Of a stretch of DNA of 64,000 nt, positions 48,605 through 60,985 are shown in pieces. The position numbers and the translations under genes are program-made. Where the stretch lies: assembly GCF_006345805.1 (NCBI RefSeq), contig NC_043018.1, positions 8,928,001 through 8,992,000 on the forward strand, read 5' to 3'. Position 1 is the first letter of the stretch. Every line of letters begins with the position of its first letter. Under the pieces are notes generated by a model. That model was given only the letters and a program-made list of their open reading frames with translations, was not told the origin of the DNA and did no database searches. Origin of the DNA: Octopus sinensis. Lineage: Eukaryota.

Positions 48605-49031
48605 ACCCTTTAATATATTTAAAGTGGCCTAACCCCAGCTCAAATATTCTACTTGTTTTATGTTCAGACTGACCAGATCCAACCTTTCATACCTAGCCTA
48701 CAATGTCATTCTAAAAATAACAATGTGAATAATTAAGCATAACATTTGACATCATCATCATCATCATCATTTAGCGTCAGCTTTCCATGCTGGCATGGGT
48801 TGGACGGTTTGACTGGGGTCTGATCTGGCAATGTTTCTATGGCTGGATGCCCTTCCTAACGCCAACCACTCCGTGAGTGTAGTGGGTGCTTTTTACGTGC
48901 CACCGGCACAGGGACCAGACGAGGCTGGCAAACGGCCACGATCGGATGGTGCTCTTTACGTGCCACCGGCGCAGGGCCATGGTCGGATGGTGCATTTTAT
49001 GTGCCACCGGCACATCTGAATGTTAAAAAGT
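48605..49031. mobile_element. piggyBac-type MITE family 2 interrupted by a family B repeat (48752-49015, minus)
   Basis: TTAACCCTTTAATATATTTAAA left end and ATCTGAATGTTAAAAAGTTAA right end bracket a CAT-tailed insert. Confidence 0.65.
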
Positions 49032-49300
49032 TAAGCTTGTAATCCTATTCTCCTTTCCTCCACCCTTCAAACCATTTCAATGAGACTGACTGTGATGACT
49101 CATTATTAACAGAAGAACCGGCTCCTCCGGTGTCTGGGCAGGGTCGTTTTGGTGTTTTGTTTTACAACATGACACCACAATACTATTAGGTGAGTGTAAT
49201 GAGGGTGACTTTGACATAGTTGATCAGCTTGCTAGAGATAGCAGCCACATCTTCCACAAATATAACAATACCCTGCAAACAAGAGATGGTTACATTAGAG

Positions 49301-49559
49301 CAGTGGTTCTCAACCAGGGGCCACATGACCTTTGAAGGTCAATATAAGGTTTTGGTGTTAAAATTTATCTGCAACGAATTCGTTATACTTCTGCAATGCA
49401 CAAACGATTTTAATCCTTTTTTTATGCAATTTCTAATAATATTTAATCATAAAAGTATAATAGGAATTTTTTAAACATTGAATCGCTTTAAGGGTCCATC
49501 TGGATAATAAAAAAAAATCAAATGGGTCCAAAGGCAAATAAAATTGTAGGCAACCACTG
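49301..49559. mobile_element. hAT-type MITE (259 bp)
   Basis: TIRs CAGTGGTTCTCAAC / GGCAACCACTG; 8-bp TSD CATTAGAG / CATTAGAC. A solo right end of the same family is at ~34040-34093. Confidence 0.8.
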
Positions 49560-50206
49560 CATTAGACTGTGGTCCTTAGCTGTAGTCCTGAAAAGGGAAG
49601 ATGGTTACAATTGGTACATCTTTGGTCACAGATTGATCAGAGATAGGGGGAGCTAAACAACAACAAGGCACCAGTGATAGGGGTACAAACTGAGGACTGA
49701 CTAAGGACACCAATGGCATATACATGGTTCCCCAGAGTGACTGCAGCCCTTGGGCTGAAACTAAAAGAAAAGTGATTGATTTAGATATGATGATGGCGGG
49801 TAGTGGAGGTTGGTTGGTGGTGGTGCACTTCACGATGATGGTGAGTGGTGGTGGTGGTGGTGGTGGTGATGGCAGCTGTGACAGTGGTAGTGTTGGTGGT
49901 GATGGTCATGACTTAATTTTCAAAATCAGTTGCACCAAAAAACAAAAACAATAAAAGACCTCCCAAAAATAAAACAACAAACAAATAAAATCAGATAGAA
50001 ACCTGTCTGGTTTTTCCTGCCATGGATCTGCAATCATTCGTCTTCAAGGAATCAGCTCTGAGATGGCATCGAGTCTGAGGCGAGGAAGTTGGAGAAGCTT
50101 TAAAATATAAAAAAAGACGACATTAATACAGGTTTTACTAGATTTTGTGTGTGTGTGTGTGATACTAACATACCTCACATAGTAGCAGAAATTAATACTG
50201 TTATAT

Positions 50207-50416
50207 GATACTCTTTTACTTGTTTCAGTCATTTGACTGTGGCCATGCTGGAGCACTGTCTTTAGCCGAGCAAATCGACCCCAGGACTTATTCTTTGTAA
50301 GCCTAGCACTTATTCTATCGGTTTCTTTTTGCCGATCTGCTAAGTTACGGGGATGTAAACACACCAGCATCGGTTGTTAAGCGATGTTGGGGGGACAAAC
50401 ACAGACACACAAACAT

Positions 50417-50465
<49 letters not shown>

Positions 50466-50635
50466 TATATACGACGGGCTTCTTTCAGTTTCCGTCTACC
50501 AAATCCACTCACAAGGCTTTGGTCGGCCCGAGGCTATAGTAGAAGACACTTGCCCAAGGTGCCACGCAGTGGGACTGAACCTGAAACCATGTGGTTGGTA
50601 AGCAAGCTACTTACCACACAGTCACTCCTGCGCCT
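50207..50635 (-). mobile_element. tRNA-headed SINE family C, near full length
   Basis: Near-identical layout to 35512-35915. Confidence 0.9.
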
Positions 50636-51403
50636 ATCATAATAATATTGTATAATACTAATATATAACAGAGACATATAACAGGAACATGATAGACACT
50701 TTGTGTGTATTTAAGTCTACAAACACATTAGACCTTAATTGTGGTTTTGTGCTGGGAGGCAAATGTAAATTGATCTAATAACATACTTCTTCAAATGTAA
50801 ACACAGCAGACATCATCAAAACTATATACACTTCCCTCCTCCGCTAACGATGCATTGATAACTCTTACTATTTCTGCTTATAATTGCATGTGTGTGTGTG
50901 TGTGTGTGTGTGCATGTGTCTGTCTACCAGATGGAATACGATGCATGCCAAGAAGCAGTGAGTCTTTTAGTAATTACCCACTAACGAGGGCGACAGGTTG
51001 GCAGAATCGTTAGGAAGTTGGAAAAGAATTCTTTGCAGCATTCAAGCATTTGCCTTCTTTATATTCTGAGTTCAAATCCTACCAAGTTCAAGAGCAATAA
51101 AACTGAAACATATTGAATGCGTGTGCAAGCATATGTATTTATGTAGTTAAAAGTGTGTGTTTACATATGTATTACGCATAGGCGTGGACATGTGTGAGCG
51201 TGCATACATCTGCATTCAGAATAAGTCTCTGAATGAGTGTGTGCACTCACACACCTGTACAAATACACATGGATGCAACAGTATATACTCATAAAATTAT
51301 ATCCATGTGTACATGGACATGCACAAACATATATACACACCAAAAGTCTCTCTTTCTCTCTTTCTAATCTACCATTTGTTTGTTTGGTTTTACATCCATT
51401 TTT

Positions 51404-51650
51404 CTATGCAGGTGGCACATAGCTGTGCAGGTGACACATAGCTGTGCAGGTGACACATAGCTGTGCAGGTGACACATAGCTGTGCAGGTGACACATAGCT
51501 GTGCAGGTGACACATAGCTATGCAGGTGACACATAGCTATGCAGGTGACACATAGCTATGCAGGTGACACATAGCTATGCAGGTGACACACAGCTGTGCA
51601 GGTGACACATAGCTGTGCAGGTGACACATAGCTGTGCAGGTGGCACATAA
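51404..51650. repeat. 19-bp minisatellite (~13 copies) running into a family B repeat (to ~52140)
   Basis: Unit CTGTGCAGGTGACACATAG; the last unit continues as GTGGCACATAAAAAGCACC, the family B motif. Confidence 0.93.
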
Positions 51651-52190
51651 AAAGCACCATTTGAGCGTGGCCATTGCCAGTATCGCCTGTGCCAGTGGCA
51701 TGTAAAAGCACCCACCGATATAATTATTTATGATTATACCCGCATAAAAGGCACTTGAGCCCTGTGCTAGTAGGGTGCTAAGAGCACTGTCTGAGCATGA
51801 TCATTGCCAGAGCGGCTAACTGGCTTTTGTGCCGGTGGCACGTAAAAGGCACCATTCGAGCATAACCAGCTTTGCCTTACTGGAACCTATGCCGGTGGTA
51901 TGTGTAAAAAGATTCGAGCTAGGTCGTTGCCAGTACCACCTAACTGGCCCCCATGCCAGTGGCACATAAAAGCACCCACTACACTCACTGAGTGGTTGGC
52001 ATTAGGAAGGGCATCCAGCTGTAGAAACTCTGCCAGATCAAGATTGGAGGTTGGTGCAGCCATGTGGTTCGCCAATCCACAGTCAAATCATCCAACCCAT
52101 GCTAGCATGGAAAGCGGACGTTAAACAATGATGATGATAGATGATCCTTATCTTATGAGTATATAAACAATTTTGTAGTTCTCTCGTCAG

Positions 52191-52308
52191 AATATAATGC
52201 AGGACTGCATTCACCCCATATGACTTCTGATATTTATCCCCATGGTCAAGATGGACTGGAAGATGAAATGTATAAGCGGGATATGTACGAGTACATTCGT
52301 ATCTGCAG
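52191..52308 (+). CDS. Candidate coding exon A of an unidentified gene (alternative in-frame acceptor at 52179)
   Basis: Acceptor ttttgtagttctctcgtcag|, donor gcag|gtaact; open frame (E)YNAGLHSPHMTSDIYPHGQDGLEDEMYKRDMYEYIRIC + AG (phase 2). Confidence 0.55.
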
Positions 52309-52575
52309 GTAACTTTACCAGTGGGCAGGTATATTTCTCATTTATATATTAATGGTTTATTCTGCTGAAGATCGCAAAGCAATTGTTTGCAGAGCGTGAA
52401 ATCTTGAAGTATATATAGAATTATCCAATATTTTTTGTATTTTCTTGCTCATACCTGTGGTTGAATACAGAGAACAAATTGTAGAGTGGACTGTAGGTAT
52501 TTGACACCTATTTCTAGATTGGCAATGGTCATTTCCAGTTGCCCTTAACTATAATTATATTTGTATATAATTTCA

Positions 52576-52855
52576 TCATCATCATCATCATCATCGTTTA
52601 ATGTCCGTTTTCCATGCTAGCATGGGTTGGACGGTTTGACCGGAGTCGGGGAAGCCACGAGGCTGCACCAGGCTCCAATCTGATCTGGCAGTGTTTCTAC
52701 AGCTTGATGCCCTTCCTAATGCCAACCACTCTGTGAGTGTAGTGGGTGCCTTTTACGTGCCACTGGCACAGGTGGCAGGGTAGTTTGGCAGTGGCCATGA
52801 TCGGTGGTGCTTTTTACGTGCCATCAGCATTGAAGCTAGTCAAGGTGGTGCTGGC
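52576..52855 (-). mobile_element. Family B repeat
   Basis: (CAT)n-CGTTTAATGTCCG. Confidence 0.85.
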
Positions 52856-53260
52856 AGAATGATAAAAAAGTTCTTAGTACAGTATAATATATTTGAAAAA
52901 ATGAGTAGAGATGGCTTGGTGGGGGGGATAATTATAATTTTAATAGTGTTTTCAGTTACTCTAATGAGTTCTGAGCTTTTCAACAGCCGTTTTCAAACTG
53001 AAATTCTGTGGTTTAGAAGGTTACTCATACAGCAAAATATTTTTTCTTAAAAGTAGACAAATAAAAAAAAAAAGGGGGAAAATAGAAAACAAAAAATAAA
53101 AAATACAAAATACAAAATAAAAAATATATAAAAATTAATATCAAAATGACATCAAAAATAATAAAAGAATACAAAAAGTAAATGTGTGAAAAACAGTATG
53201 TGTGAAAAAAAGAAAAGAAAAAAAGAAAAGGGTGTTCTTTTTTTCCCTGCTCTTTGTCCT

Positions 53261-53490
53261 TGGCCTGTGAGATCCCCAGATCTCACCGCATTTGTTTTTT
53301 TCTAGTGGGGACATGTAAAGGATCGCGTTTATGTTGCACCGCTACCCACAAACCTCGGTGACCTTAAGCATCGAATAACGACAGAGATCAACTCTGTGGA
53401 TCGCGATATGCTGATACGTGTCTGGGAGGAATTCTCTTATTGCATTGATGTTGCCCGTGTTGCAGGTGGTGGGCCACATTGGACACTTGT
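53261..53490 (+). mobile_element. Tc1/mariner-superfamily transposase C-terminal relic
   Basis: WPVRSPDLT..FF*WGHVKDRVY..PLPTNLGDLKHRI...VWEEFSYCIDVARVAGGGH. Confidence 0.75.
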
Positions 53491-53612
53491 AAGAGAGGAA
53501 ATGAAAATTGATCATGAGTAAATACTTGTGACTTAGCAGGAGTTTTCTGTTGCTTTTCCTTATTGCGTAATGAAATCAGTTAAATCTTTTAGAATAACCC
53601 TGTGTGTGTGTG

Positions 53613-53645
<33 letters not shown>

Positions 53646-53647
<2 letters not shown>

Positions 53648-53945
53648 AGGCGCAGTGGCCTAGTGATTAGGGTAGCGGACTCGCAATCGTAGGATCGCGG
53701 TTTCGATTCCCAGACCAAGCATTGTGAGTGTTTATTGAGCGAAAACACCTAAAGCTCCAGAGGCTCCTGCAGGGGATAGTGGCGGTCCCTGCTGTACTCT
53801 TTCGCCACAACTTTCTCTCACTCTTTCTTCTGTTGGCCTGCTCGCTTAGCCAGCAGGATGGCGTCATTTGAAAGCTAAAAGAATGCGAAGCACATTGTAG
53901 CCAGTGATGTGTAGCAACATCTGATAGCCTGGTCAGTCACGGCGA
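53646..53945 (+). mobile_element. tRNA-headed SINE family D
   Basis: GGAGGCGCAGTGGCCTAGTGATTAGGG (A box) ... GGTTTCGATTCC (B box), non-tRNA body. Confidence 0.85.
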
Positions 53946-53957
53946 TTCATGGTGGCG

Positions 53958-53989
<32 letters not shown>

Positions 53990-53993
53990 TTGT

Positions 53994-54325
53994 GAAGGTG
54001 CATGGCTCAGTGGTTAGAGCGACAAGCTTACAATCGTGAGGTGTGAGTTCGAATCCGGACCGGGCAGCATGTTGTGTTCTTGAGCAAGACACTTTATTTC
54101 ACGTTGTTCCAGTTAACTCAGCTGTAAATGAGTTCCGACGTCAGTGGTGCCAAGCTGTATCAGCTTTTGCCTTTCCCTTGGATAACACTGGTGGCGTGGA
54201 GAGGGGAGGCCGGTATGCATGGCCGACTGCTGGTCTTCCATAAACAACCTTGCCCGGACTTGTGCCTGGGAGCGTAACTTTCTAGGTGCAATCCCATAAT
54301 CAGTCATGACCAAAGGGGGTCTCAG
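53994..54325 (+). mobile_element. tRNA-headed SINE family E
   Basis: GGTGCATGGCTCAGTGGTTAGAGC...GAGTTCGAATCC, then TTCTTGAGCAAGACACTT; its 3' half recurs at ~61290-61490. Confidence 0.8.
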
Positions 54326-54329
54326 TGTG

Positions 54330-54378
<49 letters not shown>

Positions 54379-54560
54379 GGACAATCAGTTAGTTGTCATA
54401 ATAAAACTCAGAGTTTTGGATGTCACAGCTGAAGCCTGCTCTGTCATCTCATCAGTTCTTAAGACAAAAACACTTGAATAAAAACACTTGAATAAAAACA
54501 CTTGAATAAAAGGAAGTTATTCCAACAGGTGTGCAGAAAGTAAAACTTCATTCATAGAAT

Positions 54561-54643
54561 ATGCATATACACACATATACATACATGTACGCATACACTC
54601 ACATGTGTATATATATATATGTATGTATATATATATATATGTG

Positions 54644-54693
<50 letters not shown>

Positions 54694-54900
54694 CTCACAC
54701 ACACCTGTACATATATACACACACACATATATATCTATATATATGTAAACATACACACATACACAGCCATACTCACGTATATGTGTCCATACACACATCA
54801 TTGTGTTCATGTACACATTTCTATACGCACATGCACATACATAGATATACAAAACACTGCATTTGCATATATATGTACAAATATACACACATACATATAA
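54561..54900. repeat. (TA)/(CA) low-complexity tract
   Basis: Direct reading. Confidence 0.9.
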
Positions 54901-56108
54901 ACACGTAGTCAACATCATCCTCGCGTAGATATATAGACGTTTATACAAATAGAAACACATACACAAAAACATAAACCGTAAACACATTCACATGTAAGAG
55001 TGTGTATGCATGTAATAACCTGCTTGGGTTGTGAACATCACTATATAGGAGAGACAAGTACAACATTGAGACGAAGAACCGCTCTTCATGAAGAGCCAAT
55101 CTGGTTCCTGGAATAAAGATGGGTTCCTTTAAGTGAACACATAGAGAAATGTGCAGGTAACATCAAACCAAATTTCACAGTCAGATACTCTTCCTGTCAC
55201 CAATCCTCACCTGTTTCTTGACATGGTTTTCAGGGAAGTTTGGAACTGAACATCCCTTATATAGCAATGATGCTTCTATGCAAGCATCACATGATGTTGA
55301 GATGACAAAGGTGCACACACATACAAATTTATATATATATATATATATTTAGATTCAGTTGAATTAGGCACTTAAATAGAGGCACCTCCTTAGTTCAGTA
55401 TAATCTGCACAGCCCACACACACACACACGTCGCATACATTGACAAATGTCCCCTCCCTCTCTCTCTCTCACCCACATACACATTGCTCTCCTTTCACTT
55501 CTGTTACAAACACACCACCTCTTTTTATCACACACACACACACACACTTGGACTCTATTTTTCAAACATTAACAGATAAACTTTCGATTTGTCTTTCGTT
55601 TTCTCAGACACAGACACCCGGCCACATATGCATACAAACACATACACATACCCTAACCCCACCCCCCACAAACTCACTCTCTCCTTCCACTCTATCTCCT
55701 TTTCACACTAACTTTCCCACCCCACTCACTCTCCTCACACACACACACACACACACATCCATGACTCTTCTCCTTCCCCTCCTGTCCTTCTCTACCTCCC
55801 CTGCATTCATTCAATGAAACAAAAGTAAAACAGTAACAAAAAATCCTAAAAATCAAATCAATAAGAAAAAAAACATTTACATTAGTGTTTTTCTGAGAAA
55901 ACCTGTCAACAGTTTCTGGGTAATCTGACATAAAAAAAAAAGTGGAACAAGGAAGATAAAAAACAACAATAGCAAAAGAATAAAAATAACAATTTATCTT
56001 GGTACAATAAATGCGAGAACTTGAACAGGATTGCTTGCGTTTAAAAATAACAGCTAAACCACTGCTGAATTTCAAACTGCTATATTATATAATGTGATTC
56101 TAGCTTAA

Positions 56109-56330
56109 CCCTTTTGTTACCAGCCCAGCCAAAACCGGCTCTGGTTCTGTAGTATAAGTGTCTTGTTTTCATAAGTTTTTCATTAAAATATACCACCAAA
56201 CCTTAGTTGCAATTTATACTCCTAACACTAGCTTAATGATAACTAAGTAATTTTACTAAATTCTTTGTTATATTTAAAATTAATTGAAAGAAACACAGAG
56301 CATCTCAAAATGAATACGGTAACGAAAGGG
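56109..56330. mobile_element. piggyBac-type MITE family 1, dispersed copy 4
   Basis: TTAA|CCCTTTTGTTACC ... GGTAACGAAAGGG|TTAA. Confidence 0.85.
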
Positions 56331-56535
56331 TTAATAACATTGAATAATTTTAACCCATTATGTTGAAATTTTAAGGTCTTTGATAATCTTGTCGTTGAAA
56401 TGTTGCTTGTGTTTCAGCCTCAGATTGTCCAACAATATGAAAATCTGACAGTTCTGCAGAACTTTTTAGTCAAATAAATTGCCCCCAGTACGTTTTTTTT
56501 CTAAAGCCTATATATATACATCTATATATATATAT

Positions 56536-56889
56536 CATCATCATCATCGTTTAACGTCCGCTTTCCATGCTAGCATGGGTTGGACGGTTCAACTGGGGTC
56601 TGGGAAGCCTGAGGGCTGCACCGGGCCCAGTCTGATCTGGCAGTGTTTCTACAGCTGGATGCCCTTCCTAACGCCAACCACTCCGTGAGTGTAGTGGGTG
56701 CTTTTTATGTGCCACCGACACAGGTGCCAGACGAGGCTGGCGAACGGCCACGCTCGGATGGTGTTTTTTATGTGCCACCAGCACGGAGGCCAGGCGAGGC
56801 TGGCACGGCCACGATCAGATGGTGTTTGTTACGTGCCACCAGAACGGAGGCCAGTCAATGCGGTACTGGCTACGGCCACGTTCGGATGG
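56536..56889 (-). mobile_element. Family B repeat flanked by (TA)n on both sides
   Basis: (TA)n-(CAT)n-CGTTTAACGTCCGC ... GGATGGT-(TA)n. Confidence 0.9.
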
Positions 56890-56947
56890 TTATATATATA
56901 TGCATATATACATACATATATATGTACATGTGTGTATATATATATTT

Positions 56948-57009
<62 letters not shown>

Positions 57010-57021
57010 TATATATGCATG

Positions 57022-57053
<32 letters not shown>

Positions 57054-57144
57054 CATACACACACACATTCTGCTGGTCTCTTCTGCTGAACCACTAAGTT
57101 ACGAGGATGTAAGCACACCAATTATTTTTTTATGCACCCTTTTC

Positions 57145-57438
57145 AAGCCTAGCCAGGCTCATGGGCCCAGTTTCCCGGTTTCTATGGCGTATGTGTTCCC
57201 CCACAGCTGGACGGGACACCAGTCTATCGCAGCATTACTCAAGAAACAGGAAGAAAGAGTGAGAGAAAGTTGGGGGCGAATGAGTACAACAGGGGTCACC
57301 ACCACCCCCTGCCAGTGCCTCATGGAGCTTTTAGGTGTTTTCGCTCAATAAACACACACAATGCCCGGTCTGGGAATCGAAACCGCAATCCTCCGACCGC
57401 AAGTACACTGCCCTAACCACTGGGCCATTGCACCTCCA
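57145..57438 (-). mobile_element. tRNA-headed SINE family D
   Basis: Near-colinear with 33066-33350. Confidence 0.85.
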
Positions 57439-57637
57439 CACGCACACCAACACAACTACAAAAATACCCACATATGATGGGCTTCCATTCACAATATCCA
57501 TTCACAAGGCCCTGGTTGGCCTGAGACCATAGTAGAAGACACCCACCCAAGGTCCCACACTGTGGGACTGAATCTGAAACCATATGGTTGGGAAGCAACC
57601 TTCCTACCACACAATCACGACTGCTCCACATAAATAT

Positions 57638-57670
<33 letters not shown>

Positions 57671-58387
57671 TGTATGTATATATTTAAAATTGGAATCGTA
57701 ATGATTTCCTACTTAGTGTCAAAAGTTATTTCGTGCACTTGAGTTTATTCTTAATGTTTTGTATGGAGTTCCCCTCTTTTTAAATTTCCTCACATAAACT
57801 GGTCAATAATGTCCTTCAGAAGAATGTATGTCTTCTCTAAGAGTACTTGAAACACTGTGTGTTCGTGTGTCTGTATGTGTTTCGGTCGATGATATGTCCG
57901 GACTGTGTGTCTTTGTGATCAGTAAACACTTGCAAACAATAAATGTTTGTGTCTCTGTCTCCGTACATACAGGAATCTGTGTGTGTGTATGTGTGTGTGT
58001 GTGTGTATGTGCGGATGAATATTTCCCCGTGTACATAAAAGAACACACGTGAGTGTGTGTGTGTGTGGGGGGGGGGGGGGTTGTAAGACAAAGGAAATGG
58101 ACAACAGCTTTTCCAGTTTTCCAGGAATTCCCATGCCAGTGCATCAAAGTGAAGTGGTTGCTATGAGATCTAAGAGATTCATGAGTGCGTGTAAATATAA
58201 TTCTCTTAAAATGCCGAGGCAACACGCTAGGCATTCATCACACCAGAAATTAACACCCACGTGTATACATACATATGTGTGTGTATGTGTGTGTGTACAC
58301 ACATACACTTATATATATATGCATATATGTATATATATATATCATCATCATCATCATCGTTTAGCGTCTGCTTTCCATGCTAGCATA

Positions 58388-58426
<39 letters not shown>

Positions 58427-58643
58427 TTAGGGGGTATAACTCCAAACTTACAGGGAAAAATTCAATTTAGTATTAAATTAAATTTCACAATATAAATATA
58501 TAATATATATATAAATTAGAGAAAAACCACTATTATGCAATTCAAACAATGATAGACAAACCAAATCATTAATAAAAAATAAAATATATTCTTATAAAAC
58601 ACATAACTAGATCACAAAAGTATAAAAATAAATAATAAATAAA

Positions 58644-58675
<32 letters not shown>

Positions 58676-58894
58676 ATAAGAAATATTGAATTTCTAAATC
58701 TCTCGATATGTACGGTGGTGGGGCGATAGAATGGTTGTATACTGTCAATCTAACAAGAACGTGACAGTAGGGGGTACACCACCGTTGTATAGCCCTAGGA
58801 GGCATCGAACGCCTCCTGACAGCTTCGACACATTTTTTCCCTGTGTCCTTATATACATATACGAAGGAGAATATATATATAAATTGTGCGTTAC

Positions 58895-59229
58895 ATATAT
58901 ATATATAAATTAGAAAAAAAACCCACCTTTTATCAATTCAATAATGAAAAATTAAATTATACCATTTAGAAAAATTACATATTATAGAAGGATTAAATAT
59001 AAGATAAAACATATAACGATGATTAAGTAATGTGCAAAATAATGAATAAAACGTATATATTTGGTAGAACATTTTTATTAATTATTTTGCACATTACTTA
59101 ATCATCGTTATATGTTTTATCTTATATTTGATCTTTCTATAATATGTCATTTTTCTAGATGGTATAATTTAATTTTTCATTATTGAATTGATAAAAGGTG
59201 GTTATTTTCCCAATTTATATATATATATG
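58895..59229. repeat. Long inverted repeat (foldback), ~150-bp arms with ~20-nt loop, in (TA)n
   Basis: Left arm AAATTAGAAAAAAAACCCACCTTTTATCAATTCAATAATG...GTGCAAAATAAT; the right arm is its reverse complement with only a few mismatches. Confidence 0.92.
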
Positions 59230-59234
59230 CATAT

Positions 59235-60046
59235 ATGGATGAAGATGTTTTGAGGGCAAAAGTTAAAGAAAACTCAAATATCATTAGTAGAGAACTTGCA
59301 GGGGAGTTGGAAGTTCCCAAAATTAGTACACCTCATAAACACCTAGTGAAGCTAAGATACATTTCTTGCTATAATTTATGGGACCCTCTCAGATTCTCAG
59401 AAAAGATATGTATTTGAAACAGAATGAAAGCATGCCTTTTCTGAAAAAAACTTGTGACTGGAGATGAAGAATGAATTGTGTATAAAAACGTAGTGTGAAT
59501 AAGCTATGCCTTGTGTTTGGTGGGATCATAAAGGCATTATTTATTATTGACTCCTTCTACAAAACCAGACCATTAATGCTGATGTGTACTGCCGTCAGCT
59601 GGTTAATTTGATCCAAAAAAAATCAAAGAAATGAGGCTGGAGACTGTCAACAAAAAAGGGGTGGTGTTTCAACAAGACAATGCTCAGCCACATGAGTCTT
59701 TGGCTACCCGAACTTGGCTGGGATTTCTTACCCCATCCACCATGTTCTGATATTCTACCATCCGAATACCATTTGTTTTTGTCTCTACAGAACTCATTGC
59801 AAGGAAAAATATTTAACAATTGACATGTACTCAAAATGCATCTAGCTAACTTTTTTCATGAAAAGCAGTCAAATTCTATGCTGATGGAACATTTAAATTG
59901 CCTGATAGATGGGTGAAGGTCATTAATAATAATGGAAATTATTTCATTGAATAAAATTTATTGAAAGGTCAATTATTTATATCCCTTTTTGAATATTAAA
60001 TAACACTTACATATAAAAAAAACTTGGAATTTTTTGGACAACCTAA
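59235..60046 (+). mobile_element. Degenerate mariner (5'-truncated) with right TIR
   Basis: LVTGDEE*IVYKN, VWWDHKGII, TINADVYCRQL, FQQDNAQPH, LPHPPCSD; terminus TTTTGGACAACCTAA|TA. Confidence 0.85.
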
Positions 60047-60102
60047 TATATATACATACATACACACACACATATATACATACATACACATACATATATA
60101 TA

Positions 60103-60400
60103 TCATCATCATCATTATCGTCGTTTAACGTTCACTTTCTATGCTGGCATGGATAGGACAGTTTGACTGAGGGCTGACAAACCAGAAGGCTGTACCAGGT
60201 GCCAATCTGATCTGACAAAGTTTCTACAGCTGGATGCCCTTCTTAACACCAACCAGTCCGAGAATGTAGTGGATGCTTTTTACATGCCACTGGCATGAAG
60301 GTCAGTCAAGCGGTACTAGCATCAACTACGCTTGACTGGTTCTTTTTACGTGCCACTAGCATGGGAGCCAGTTTGGCGGCACAGGCAACGACCATGGCTT
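60103..60400 (-). mobile_element. Family B repeat, diverged
   Basis: (TA)n-(CAT)n-CGTTTAACG. Confidence 0.8.
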
Positions 60401-60586
60401 CCGAAGTTGTCTGGAAGCCATGGTTGAAACCAATGGCTATTATATTTAATAAATTTACTCTTTTAGTATTTCAAGATATTTTATGTTATATTTGTTAAAA
60501 TAAATCTGTTAAAATGAGATGTCAGTGTTAATTTCATTTTTGAGTAATTTAAACAATATATTCACCGCACCCTGTGTTTATATGTA

Positions 60587-60627
<41 letters not shown>

Positions 60628-60629
<2 letters not shown>

Positions 60630-60985
60630 GTTAGCTTCCCAACCATATGGTTCCGGGTTCAGTCCCACTGTATGGCACCTTGGGTTAGTGTCTTTTAATA
60701 TAGCTTCGGGTTGACCAAAGCTGTGTTAGTGGTTTTGTTAGATGGAAACTGAAAGAAGCCCGCTGTGTATGTGTGTGTGTCTTTGTGCCTGCGTTTGTCC
60801 CCATACCAACCACAACTCAACATCTGGTGTTGGTGTACTTAATGTCCCCGTAACTTAATGATTTGGCAAAAGAGACCCATAAAATAAGTTCAAGGTTTCA
60901 CAAAAAAATTATAAGTAATGGGGGTTGATTAGTTCAACTAAATTTCTTCAAGGTGGTCCCTCAGCATAGCCACAATTTAATGACT
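60628..60985 (+). mobile_element. SINE family C, diverged
   Basis: CCAACCATATGGTTCCGGGTTCAGTCCCACTG..GGCACCTTGGG. Confidence 0.8.

Noticed and set aside
53646-54070. tRNA genes (GGAGGCGCAGTGGCC..., GGTGCATGGCTCAGTGG...)
   Set aside because: A and B boxes are present but there is no acceptor-stem closure or T-run terminator; they continue into multicopy SINE bodies.
54467-54511. Triple AAAACACTTGAATA repeat (and a 16-bp AGTACAATATTGCATT repeat at ~38225-38262) as regulatory arrays
   Set aside because: Short slippage duplications with nothing to indicate function.
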